A stretch of DNA of 64,000 nt from Lama guanicoe (Eukaryota): the NCBI GenBank assembly GCA_013239625.1, contig MU053881.1, forward strand, positions 4,175,957-4,239,956. Reading direction: 5' to 3'. The notes under the pieces were generated by a model, which saw nothing but the letters and a program-made list of their open reading frames with translations, did no database searches and was not told the origin of the DNA. A program made the position numbers and the translations under genes. Numbering within the stretch: position 1 is the stretch's first letter; each line of letters opens with the position of its first letter. Positions 52,965 to 64,000 of this stretch are shown one piece after another.

Positions 52965-53433
52965 CAGGCAGACCTCAGAGATTCTGTGGGTTTAGTTCCA
53001 GACCACCACAATAAAGCGAATACTGCAGGAAAGCAAGTTATACATTTTTTTTGGTTTCCCACTGCATGTAAAAGTTATGTTTACACTATACTGTAGTCTA
53101 TTAAGTGTCCAATAATAGCATTATGTCTAAAAAGTGCATACTTTAATTAAAAATACTTTATTGCCCACAATTGCTTATCATCTGAGCCTTCAGCGAGTTG
53201 TAGTACTAACGTCAAAGATCACTGATCACCGTAGCAAACAGATTGATCATGAACAAGTTTGAACTATGAGGAGAATTACCCACATGTGACACAGAGACAA
53301 TAAGGGAGCAAATGCTGTTGGAAAAAAATGGCGCAAGGAGGCTTGTCCCACGCGGGGCTGACACAAACCTTCAGTTTGTAAAAAAGCAGAATCTGTGAAG
53401 TGCAATAAACTGCAATAAAACGAGGTCTGCCTG
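52965..53433 (-). mobile_element. Tigger1-derived internally deleted DNA transposon (TcMar-Tigger), 469 bp
   Basis: Perfect 12-bp terminal inverted repeats CAGGCAGACCTC / GAGGTCTGCCTG, TA at the left flank, and Tigger1 subterminal motifs (GTTCCAGACCACCACAATAAAGCGAATA; GCTGTTGGAAAAAAATGGCG). Confidence 0.88.
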
Positions 53434-55067
53434 CAACTCAATGAATGGCCAAATTATAAAAGGGCAAGCGTAGCAGGGATGGAGGGCAAAACGAGAACCA
53501 TCTCTTCCACACGAGAGCTGTGCCAAGAGTATGTTCCTCCTTTCCTGACTTCCTCCTCCCCCTGCTCTGTCCTACCCGATGCAGAGGGAGGTGATGGGAC
53601 TTGAGTCCTAAGAATGAGGGTGGATGTGGGTGTCCCAGTCCCAGCTGGGTGTCTCTGTCAGCCCCGTTGTTTCTCTTTACTAAGTCCCTTAGTGGAGATA
53701 CGCATTCATTTTCCGTAGCTACATTCAGAAGGAAGAGCTGTTTATTTCCTCTGTTAGAGTCGTTGGGGCCAGACCTCTAATCCTCTCCCGTCCCCCGCCC
53801 CACCTTGTTGGTGCCATTTCAAAAGAAACCGCCCTGGCGGTAAGCATGTTTCCACGCGGTGGCACCGGCTTCCCCAAGTCAGCTCCACTGGCTTCCGTTG
53901 ACTTTACTCTTCTGACAACAGAGAGGAAGCGTGCGCCGGTTCACCCCACCACTTACGTAGCCAACTTCCTCCCACATACAGGTAATCAACCCTTTGCAGC
54001 AGGACGTCCCACCTGCGCCGGTCCACTGACACGACAAGGTCATTCTCCACTTTTGACCTTCCTCCCCCTCCTTAACCTCTCCATGGCTCCCCATTGCTCT
54101 GACGACAAAGCACGTTCCCCTTCATGGCCCCGTAGGGCCCTCTCGGGGAGCTGGCCCCTGCCTGCATCTTCACCCTCCTCTCAGATCGCCCTTGGCCTCC
54201 AGCCCTACCCAGCCTCTGTCAGTTCCTTAAAGGCATTGAGTCTGATTTCATCTCTGAGCCATTGCGAGCAGCATTTTCACTGCTCGAACCCTCTTCTCCT
54301 TGCCTCAGTGGGCGACTCCTTCTCATCCTCCAGGTGCCCCTTCCTCACAAACATCCCCCTCCCCCGGTGGGTGAGTTGCCCCTTTTGTGCTCCTACAGCA
54401 CTGAGTACCAGCTTGGAATAAACTCATCACAAATTATAATCACCCATTTCCAGGTTTAACTCCCCAGCTAGACCCTGGAGGCACGAGCTTTGCTCTTCCA
54501 TTGGCTGTTTATTTGCTCATACCCTTCACTCTCACCAGACAAACTTGATGATGAGATCAGGGCAATGTTTCTGTTCACCATCATATCCCCAATGCACCAC
54601 TGCATGCCGAGCACATAGTAGGTCCAAAGGTGCCCCCAGCCCTATGTTTTCCTCCATACCACCAACTAACTAATACTGAATACTTTCTATGACCCGCCTT
54701 GGTGCTAAGCATTTACAGGGAGTAGGCAGTTGATTTCTCACCATCACTCTCTGAGATGGGGACTGTTATCAGCCCCATTTCACAGATGAGGACGAGGAGG
54801 CACAGGAGAGGTTCAGTAGCCCAGCCAAACTTACAACGTGAAAGTCCTAGAGCAGAGATTCAAACCAGGCAGGGTAGCTCCTGCACCCACGCCCTTAATC
54901 CCTATTCAAGACTATCCCTATCACAACATCTGCCACACTGTGCGGTGGCCATCCGTCTCCTCTCCTCCTCCGAGCTGTTCCCCATGAACTCAACTGAGCA
55001 GAAGAGGAGAGAAATGAATGACTGACTATAGAGTAAGCAGCCTCTTTAGTTGCTGAGCTAACATCAT

Positions 55068-55081
55068 CCACCAGGTGGCAG
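55068..55081 (+). promoter_or_regulatory. Candidate CTCF binding motif
   Basis: CCACCAGGTGGCAG matches the CTCF core consensus CCASYAGRKGGCRS at every position. Confidence 0.55.
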
Positions 55082-55886
55082 TCGCACCTCCCAGATAAAG
55101 TCGTCTCTCCCTTTATTTCCCCCATTGTAAGAAAGAAAGAAGTTAATTTTTATTTTTACCAAGGATTGAGTAGTCTGAATTCAAAGCTCGACTCTTTCAA
55201 GGTTGAGCTTTCTGAAAACTACCCTTGGAGAAAGCGCGTTTCCAATCCCCGTGCGCAGAGGGGTGAGTGGCCCTGGGTGCGCCGCCGGGGCCCGGGCGGG
55301 TGACGCAGTGCAGCGTCGGCTGGAGGGGTGCGCTGAGTAAGACCACTGGGAGCAACGGATTGTGCAAGACGTCTTTTCAGCCCGCAAAAGAGATGATCTG
55401 CTCCTCCCTCCCCCACCCCTCATCAAACAGCTGCAGGAGCTGAGGAGAAAAGCGAAGGATGCGTGTTCCTAGTCGTGAACTCCATTTGGCCAGCAGCGGG
55501 ATGGGGACGTGTGGCCCCTTGAGGAGACAGCCGCAGATGACTGGCAGAAAGGACCTTCGCACCTCATCTGCGCCTGAAATGCCACGCTTCTGGCAGCTTC
55601 CACCGTGTTCCGGAGAGTGGGAAGGGGATGGGGGCTGGAATGGTCCTTGCTGCTAAACCGGCCGCGACTTTCATAAAGCAAATCCCAGGACTTCCAGAAA
55701 GAAAGAAGCCAGGCCAATTCCATGGCAGCGGGAGGGAGGCAAGAGGGAAGGTATATATATTTTTTCTTTTAAATAAAGAAATTGGGATATGTTTCAAATG
55801 CTTACATCAAACAAATAAACGCTATTAACCTCCAAAATACAATGTAACAGAATCGTGCTTTTCTCCACGAAATTATAGGAGTTATT

Positions 55887-56146
55887 CTTTTAAATTTTAT
55901 TCTTATTTTCTATTGAAGTGTAGTCAATTTACAATGTTAGCTTCAGGTGTACAGCAAAGCAGTTCAGTTATACATATACATACATGCATTTTTTTTCAGT
56001 TTCTTCTCCATTTTCCATTCTCATTATAAAAAATTGAATATAGTTCCCTGTGCTATACAGTAGGTCCTTGTTTATCTAACTTATATACAGTAATGTGTAT
56101 CTGTTAATCCCAAACTCTCCCTCCCCTTTCTGCCCTGCTAACCACA
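55887..56146 (-). mobile_element. L1 3' end with TSD
   Basis: TTGAAGTGTAGTCAATTTACAATGTTAG...CAGGTGTACAGCAAAG...; flanked by AGGAGTTATT at 55877-55886 and 56147-56156. Confidence 0.82.
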
Positions 56147-56300
56147 AGGAGTTATTTTTAAGACTGGATTCTTTATGTGTTACAGGCAGAGGGTGTGATA
56201 ATGGCACTGAAGCTTAAAGGTGAGCAATGGCTCGAAACTAACACAACACTGTAAATCCACTAGACTTCAATTTCAAAAAATTTTTAAGAAAAAAGGTGCT

Positions 56301-56705
56301 TCAGCTACAGAAACAATAAAAAGTTCGTGGTTTCCAGGGGTTTGGGGAGAGAGAGGGAGGGAGGGAGGGATGAATAGATGGAGCACAAGGGATTTTTAGG
56401 GCAGTGAAATTCTTCTGTATGATGTTATAGTGGTGGCTGCATGTCCTTATGCATTTGTCAAAGCCCATAGAATGTACAACATCAAGAGTGAACCCTAATG
56501 TAAACTATGGACTTTGGTTGATAATAATGTGTCCATGTTGGTTCATTGATTGTACCAAATACGCCACAAAGGGGTGTTGAGGAGAGTATATATGTGTGGG
56601 TGGGGAGGGCTATGTGGGAACTCTGTATTTTCTGCTCAGTTTTGCTGTAAACCTGAAACTGCTCTAAAAAAATAAAATCTATTTAAAAAAAAGAAAAGAA
56701 AAGAT
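56301..56705 (+). mobile_element. L1MC-like 3' end
   Basis: GAGTGAACCCTAATGTAAACTATGGACTTTGG...CTGTAAACCTGAAACTGCTCTAAAAAATAAA followed by an A-rich tail. Confidence 0.75.
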
Positions 56706-56973
56706 AAAAGGTGCTGGATGGCTCAGTTCTCTTCTACCTGTCAGTGGATCTCTTGTTTACTCTCTAAGTAATGTTGACTTTCTCCATTTTTGGCCCTCTG
56801 TGAATGGGAGGATCTTGGGTCCCAGGGCACCCCAGCCTAACACTGAGTTTGTCGGGAGTGAATGGATGCGAGGACCTCACCCTATGGGGAACCGAAAGAG
56901 AAAATCCCCAAGACCTGGTAACAGGGAAATGAAGCACTTCTCCCCTCCCCCGTTGCCTCACCAGCAGTACACC

Positions 56974-56974
<1 letters not shown>

Positions 56975-57016
<42 letters not shown>
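56975..57016 (+). repeat. (AC)21 microsatellite
   Basis: Directly visible. Confidence 0.97.
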
Positions 57017-57018
<2 letters not shown>

Positions 57019-57599
57019 CTCTGCTCCTGGTTTTTCAGCCCTGTCTCTTAAGATTAATTAAGTTGTCTGCGTCATCCGTCTATCTCGCCTCCCTTTCATA
57101 TACCCTCTCCTAGTCAGAATGACGCTTAATCAGAATTAGAGCCTGTTCAACGCCTCTAAGTGCCACTCATTCCTTGTCACAGCAGGATCTCTTGTGCCCT
57201 TTCAAACAAGCCGAGAATTTCAATGAGGCTTCGGAGGGCAGGGAGGGGACTGGGGTAAAGATCGCCCTTTGTAATCAATACCCTCCTTCTGAAGCCTCTG
57301 GGTGTCTGGGTAAGATGAGGACAGACCTCCATTCCTGCCGCTTTCACCCAGGCTTTGCCTTTGCTGAAGTGTTCGAAGGGAGCGGGGTCAGTACTGCATG
57401 GCAGATTGTGACTCCTCCCCAAATCGTGGTGCATGTGGGATTTTTTGCCAAATCCCAAGTCATTCTCGGGTATCCTCCTCGCTCCCCACGTGTCCTCCAA
57501 CTTGTTGCCCTAACCTGCCTACCTCTCTCCATTCTGTTGCCATCATCCTGACTCAAGCCATCATCATCCACCGACACTCACAATCACCGTCATCCACTA

Positions 57600-58255
57600 A
57601 CATCACTCACAGAGACCACTGCCGTCCCCTCAAATGGCTCTTCTGCTCCCACCCTCCCTCCCCTACAGTCTCTCCCCCGTGCATGTGCATTTGCCAGTGT
57701 GATCACAAGTCAGGTCCAGTCCCTCCCCTACAGCTACTCTTCAGTGGCTCTCCATCTAATTTAAAATCCAAAATCTCCACCCTGGGTAACAAGGCCCCGC
57801 CGTCTCTGGTCCCTTGACCTCTCTGAGCTCATCTCATGACCTCCCTCCCCTGCTGCACTGCTCTGCCTTGGATATATCAAGCTCAGTCTTGTCCTGAGAC
57901 TTGCAAACAAAGGCTGTTCCCTCTGCCCAGAATGTTTTTCCCTCAGATTTTGGCATGCCTTGTTTTTCTCTTGTCATTCGGATCTCAGCTTAAATCTCAC
58001 TGGTCAGAGGTGCCTCCTCTAATTTCCCAGTTCAGGTAGCCCCATTCCCAGTCCACGCCATAGTTTCCAGTTTTATTTTTCTCATAATACTCAGCACTAA
58101 CATTCTCTTGTTTATATATGTGTTCACTTGTTGATGGTTTGACTTCATCTTCCAAAAGTAAGCGCCCGTCAGACAAGGACTTTGCTGACTTTGCCCCCAC
58201 GATATCCCTGGAGTTTAGGATAAGGGCAGATACTTGGATGAATGACTGAATGAAT
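57600..58255. mobile_element. L2 LINE fragment
   Basis: TAAAATCCAAAATCTCC, CTGTTCCCTCTGCCCAGAATG, TCTCAGCTTAAAT and a TGAATGACTGAATGAAT tail. Confidence 0.6.
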
Positions 58256-58468
58256 AAGAAAACTCTTTAATATGAGTATCCTTTGCAGATGGCCACCTTT
58301 GACTAACAGAGAGCAAGCTCAAAATTCAGATTAGTGGTTCTGTGAATAATAATAACAAGGCCTTATCTTTGGAAGGCATTATCTCCTGAGATCTGCCCAA
58401 AAGCTCACAATGCTGGGTATGGATAGCACATTTTAACTGATGCTCAGATTGAAATGACTCACCAGAAT

Positions 58469-58470
58469 CA

Positions 58471-58510
<40 letters not shown>
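58469..58510 (+). repeat. (CA)n microsatellite with one interruption
   Basis: Directly visible. Confidence 0.95.
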
Positions 58511-58511
<1 letters not shown>

Positions 58512-58929
58512 CCCTGAGCTCTCAAATCTCAGTCTTTGTCTCCAGGATGTAAACACCAAGAGGATGGAAACTTTATGTGTCTTGTCCCCACAGTATCCTC
58601 AGGGTAAATAATATGCAAATATTTGCTGAAGAAATATATGAGTAAGTGAGTGAGCAAACTCCTGGGTAGAATTCTCTCTCTGGGACTAAGACAAATTCAA
58701 AAAATTGCCGATTCCAGCCTCTTGCCCTATGTGGTTTGTCTGTTCTGGCATCACGGGAGGCCAGCTCTTTGCTCCTCCCCCCACCTCATCCCCACCCCTA
58801 CAGGGCCGGGGTCCAGCAGCTTCCAGTCCAGAAGCTACACTTGCAACTCAGTTGGCTCTCTTCTCCCGGTGCCAAGGCTCTCCCCATCCTTGTCACTCCA
58901 AGGCTTTCCCAGGGATTAAGTTCTTGTTT

Positions 58930-59085
58930 CCCCAGCATGTTCTTCGAGGCAGCAGCCGCAGCAAGGTCACCTGGAAAGCTGGTTAGAAATGCAGAGTTCC
59001 AGGCTGCCAGGGAGGCTGAGCCACAACCCGCCTTTGAACAATATCCCCAGGTGAACCTGGCGCCCATGAGCCTTTGAGAGCCCTG
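58930..59085. mobile_element. MER5-like hAT element, diverged
   Basis: TCACCTGGAAAGCTGGTTAGAAATGCAGA...AACAATATCCCCAGGTGA...TTTGAGAGCCCTG. Confidence 0.55.
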
Positions 59086-62000
59086 AGCTGCCTTTATCAA
59101 GCATTCCAATCTCTACTTTGCTTGTGAAATACCTGAGCCTCGCCCCCCGCCCCCGTCCAGCTGTCCGTCCTCTCAGTGGCCGTTTGGAGAGGCGGCCTTG
59201 GAAAGAGAACCAGCGTCAGGATCCTGTGAGTCACCCACTCGGCAAACATTTATTAAGCACTTATGATGTGCGAGGCACATGACAGGTCCCGAGGACACAA
59301 ACATGATTAAGGCGGTATTTGTGTCCCTCGCCCCCCTCCTCCAGAAGGCAGGTAAACAAGTTATATATAGTGATAATTACATATTGCGATAAAGGCTGGG
59401 CAGAAGGAGCGCTTCTGATAACAAGCAGCGTGGGATGCTGGTGAATGGAGGCGGTGGGGGGTGCATGTGTCGAAAAAATGATTCAGGAAGTTCTCTCAGA
59501 GGAGGTGATGCTTGGTCTAAGTTGCAAGGGGTGAATAAGTAGCCGGCTCTGTTCTGTGTCCAGTTGAAGCCAGGGAGAGGGTAGAGCAGGTGGGTGGATC
59601 ATTTCTCACCAGAGGCAAAAAAAACGAGTGAGAAGACCCTGCCCCAGGAAAGGGGGCTGGCACTGGAGGAAGGAGAGAGGTCATTGTGTGGATAGAGATG
59701 ATGGAGAGAGGGAGAAATAGGAGAGCAGGGTGGGGTAGGGGCTGGGCCAGATTCTGCAGGGCACCCACGCCTGGGAAAACTTGTGGATTTTATCTCCGGG
59801 GCCATGGGAAGCTGTTGGAGGATTTTTGCAAGGTTTGGCAAAGCCAGGTTTCTGTTCAGCTCTAGCTGCAGGGGGAGGGTGGCAGCTGGCAGGGCAGTGA
59901 GGAGCCAGGGCATTCACAAAACTCCAGCCTCACCCCGGTCCCGGGAGCTGAGGATCACTGTCCCCTCCAAACAGAGATGTGGGGGGGGGGGCAGGGTGGT
60001 TTATAGAACAGCGGGGAAGGGACTGTCCCAAGGCAGTTTCTGACAACACTGGCCAGATCTGGGACAATAATGATCATGTCAATGAGAGTCTCTAATGTTG
60101 ATAGTTTATGGGTTTTATTTTTTATGATTGCTTCATTTAATCCTTACCTCAGCCCGATGATGGAGATACTATTTGCCCCTTCTGATCAAAGTGATGACTG
60201 ATACTCAGAGGTTATCTCGTGTGGCCAAAGTCACTCCACCAGAGGTGGCAAAGGGACAAATCCTGGGTGGGGGGGGGTCTCATCTCAGAACCCCATCCCT
60301 AACCCCAGCGATCCCTGCCTTTGGGGTTTGAGTACCCAACTTTGCCTGACTTCCAAACCCAAGTGGCCTCTACCATGCCTGGGTCACCGTCGCCTACAAT
60401 TTGACATTCATAAGGACAAAAGAAAAATAATTGAGGACCTGAAAATCGTATTTCCTCAAAAACAGAATAAATGAGCTGTCAGCCGGGAGACAGCTTGCTT
60501 TCCCACCCCGATTCACATTTCCCTGCTTCTTTGCCTAAAGAGAAAGATTCCAGAAAACCAGGGACCCAGGGCATAGCGCTTTGGAGTCGCCCTCACGTTG
60601 GTAGCCCAGACTCAGCCGTGTGTGGTCCTCGGCTCCGTGGGAGGAGCCCTGTTCCCAAGATGGGAAGAAAGATAGCAGGAACTGGGAGCCGCGGCAGTGG
60701 ACGCTTGGCCTGGAGTCCCTGTGCTTTCTCCCGTTGCCATGGCAACTCTGGCAGGCTGGCCGGGGTGGAACCGCCAGAACGGGCAGGAGGTGGGAAAGCG
60801 GCATCCTCAGAGCGTTCCCACCTCCTACCCGCGACCCAGCACGGGGACTGGCACTTCGTTAAGTTCACAGATGATAATGGCAACAACCACCACCCTCGTT
60901 GTGATGCTGCTAATAACAGTTACATGTACTGAGTACTTCCTCTCTGCCAGGCAGGGTGCCAAGTCCTATCAGAAACAGATGAAGACATGTGGAGACCCCA
61001 GCTTCCAAAGTTAATGGAGCTCCACTCTTCATGTGTAATTCCAAGAAGAAAGCATTATAAGGAAAGCCCTCGAAAGATTCCAACATCCCCCCTTTATGAG
61101 TGACGACTGCATCCCTGCAGAATTGCCTCGCCCTGGGAGAGAGAGAGGTGGGATGGTGATCGGGAGTGTGGGAGGCTGTGCCCTGGGGCTGGGGTGTGCG
61201 TGTGCACGAGGTGCTATTGGCTTCTGGACGCTAAATTGCACTTGATGGTTAGATTCCACCGCCCTTCTCTTCCCCTACCCGCCACACTCCCCTTCACCCA
61301 CCATCCTTCCCGCCACCTTCTGACACCCCTTGAAGGAGAGCTGCTGACCCTGATTTAAGTCAGACGCTTTAGGGGCCTAAATCTGAGTCCGCATTTGCAT
61401 CCCTTCCAATTACAGAATTTTGTATTTGGCCTTTGTTAGATTTGAAATCTTTGGGTGGCAAATAAAAGGAAGTTGCTGTTGTCTGTTTGGCTACAGCCTG
61501 AATGTGTCCCTCAGAAGGACGTTTTGCGGCAAATCTGTGTTCCAGAATTCTAAGTTGGTTCTTCCAGGCTCCACAGCCTCACATCTGTTCAGGAACAGCT
61601 GTTCAGGCTGCAGCCACGATCAAAGCTGTGCATTCCAGAGCTCCGGTGATCTAAAAACGGCAAATGCTTTTTTTCTTTCTTTAAATATATGTATATAATC
61701 AGGAACATGAATTCTGTGTAGCAATCTATTTTAATGATTCTAACATCTCAGTCCAGAAGCAAAATATTCAAGTGCTGTTCTGCAGTTCAACAGGACACAG
61801 CAGTAAGAAAGCCGCCTTCCCTTGCCCCTTCGCATTTCAGGGCTGTTTTTGTTCCGATTACAGAGATTGTGCAGAGTCTCAAAGGATGAGATTCATAAGA
61901 AGAGGCTTGATTTCTATGCAGAATGTGTTATTCAATTATAGTTCTATAGAAAGCAGGAAAAACCTTTCTCTTTGGTGGAAAATCTAAATCTAAACAAAAA

Positions 62001-62127
62001 CAAAAACAAAATCTAAAACAAAAACAAAAAAACACCCTGATGTGTAGATGTATACGTGAATAGCTTATCTGTATCTCTCTCTCTCTAGTATCTCCAATAT
62101 CTGTATCTATTGCCTGCCTACCTACCT

Positions 62128-62186
62128 ATCCATCCATCCATCCATCCATTCATCCATCCATCCATCCACCCATCCATCCATCCATC
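62128..62186 (+). repeat. (ATCC)n tetranucleotide repeat
   Basis: Directly visible, with a few variant units. Confidence 0.93.
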
Positions 62187-64000
62187 TGGATAACTAGATA
62201 TCCTTCCTTGGCACCCATGTGATTACAGTTGCTTGGACCACTTCTTAGGCACCTGACAATTTAGTGGATAACACAACGGCCACAAAGAATAGCTATCATC
62301 CTTGTCAAACAAAATAAAGGAAAAATGGTTTTTGATGGCTTTGTAGGGGGAATAAAATTTTAATGAAATTTCTCTGAGGGGAAACAGGACCTGGAATCTG
62401 CACACCTGTGTTTGAACCCTGACTTTGCAAACTAGCTCTCCTTTCTGAATCGTGACCATGTTAAAATGAGCATGCTAGCAGCCCCTGATGCAGAGGGCTG
62501 GGGGCGGGTGGGCCAGGCGGCAGGATGCCTGCAGTACGATGCCTGTGCCTGGGAAGCACCCATCCATGCCTGAGGTGCTTGTAATCTTCATTATTCTTCT
62601 TCTCATTCCCAGAACTGCTTGTGTTTCTGGGATTTGGTGGTGGTGGTGGGGGGGGGGTTACAGTACTACAGAAAAGTCCTTTCCTTTTCCCTTGTTTTCT
62701 TGCCCCAAACTGATACATGACTTTTCCTGGTGGTGAAGTCAAAGAGAAAGAATATGCCCTAAGAAATCTGCAGTTCCTTGAAGTGGATGGAAATGGCATT
62801 TCAACTCCCTTGCCGCTACTCCTGGAAATGTACGCCCAGGTCTGGCCGCTGAATCACGGACACACATTTAAGGGAGGCCAATGAGGCAGACGAGAATTAT
62901 AGAGGGAGATGGGAGCCACTGGGCCCCTTTACCTGGCCTCCACTACCCACCTGTGTGACCTGGAGCAAATCCTTTAACCAAGAGCCGGTTTTCGGGGAGT
63001 AAGTGCCCTCATGTGAGGACTGACAATCAAAACTCACCTTCTCTCAGGAGAATTTTTTCACCCTCCTAGCTCTGTATCTTCAAATATGAGAGCTTGTGCC
63101 CCGATTAGATTTAGGAATGAATTTTTTTTGTTGTTTTAAAAACAAACTCAACTTGAAAAAAGGAAATCCTGTCCATTGCTATACCAGCAGGGCAATGAGG
63201 TTTACGGGGGGGAGAAGTGGGGCTGTGGTAGGTGGGGACTGGAATCCAGGCTTCACCACATACTAGTCGGGGCGGGGTGTTACTCTGCTCATGTACCTAA
63301 GTGCCTGACGCCCCACAGGCGATCAGTAGTTGTCAGTTTCCCCTTCCAGAACCAAGCCATCGACCTCGCAGGGTCAGGAGGGCGGAGTCACCAAGCCATT
63401 CCACACCCCTCCCTGCCCCGCGGTGAAACACACGAGGGGTCACTTGGCTTTTTCTCTTAGATATGAGGTGAATTATGCCTCCATTCTTTCAAGTAAAAAG
63501 GCACAGGTCTTTCTTGGATTCTGCATAAAACTTTTCATATTTTCACAGATTTCTATTACCACCTTCTGGGCACCACGTTTTAAATGCCCTCTTGCGCTGA
63601 GTGGTTCCAGGGGGGTTGCTCCTGGATATGTCTGCTTCTTTTCTCCTCTCTTTTGGGGTTGGGGTCAGAGAAGCATTTTTTTTTCTTTAAAAATGGTTGA
63701 CATCTGCTTGATCACATTGACATTTCAATGGTGTCAAAGCCCTGCTTACTGAAATAGAACTCCAGTGAAAAGGATGAAGAAAGCGCAGGCTTAGCTTCTG
63801 GGATTACATTCTCTGATTCATCACCCTCCGCCCCCATCTACCCACAAGCAGGTTTTTAACTGACACGTGATTAGATTCACACACAATAGAAAACATGGCA
63901 GGTTTGGGCGCACACGGGATTTCGAGGCTGCTGTACACTTTTAACTTCCTTGAGACACACTTTATTTTTCCAGCTCTGGTCACACAATGAATCACAAGAA

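Noticed and set aside
60236..60250. CTCF-like CCACCAGAGGTGGCA
   Set aside because: Register-shifted relative to the consensus and within MIR-like sequence.
60000..64000. Possible CPEB4 3' end expected from synteny
   Set aside because: No CPEB4 coding exon or recognisable terminal exon seen; it probably lies beyond the right edge.

Overview
Eukaryotic (mammalian) genomic DNA, most likely a camelid, judging by the tRNA-derived SINE and young L1 3' ends. Two spliced genes lie on the minus strand, in the order I recall for human 5q35 (CPEB4-C5orf47-NSG2). (1) C5orf47: CpG-island exon 1 at ~48.7-48.9 kb and coding exons 2-4 at 44308-44393, 42896-42995 and 41042-41080. (2) The 5' part of NSG2/HMP19: non-coding exon 1 at ~22.1-22.3 kb and coding exons at 21046-21174 and 5161-5244; I found no further exons, so the gene presumably continues off the left edge. 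The rest is intron/intergenic DNA rich in L1, L2, MIR, MaLR/ERVL LTR, MER5/MER20, Tigger1 and SINE repeats, plus microsatellites and a 321-N gap. Almost all ORF-track entries are spurious. I found no prokaryote-type system (CRISPR, rRNA, operon) and no convincing novel system. Most notable: a rearranged REST/RE1 half-site pair between two hairpins in NSG2 exon 1, an apparently shortened/frameshifted C5orf47 exon 1 near a G-rich tandem repeat and gap, an 81-nt polyadenylated retrocopy with an 18-bp TSD, and nested retroposon insertions. Gene and repeat names come from my recall of orthologues and consensus sequences, not from a search; most repeat boundaries are approximate.
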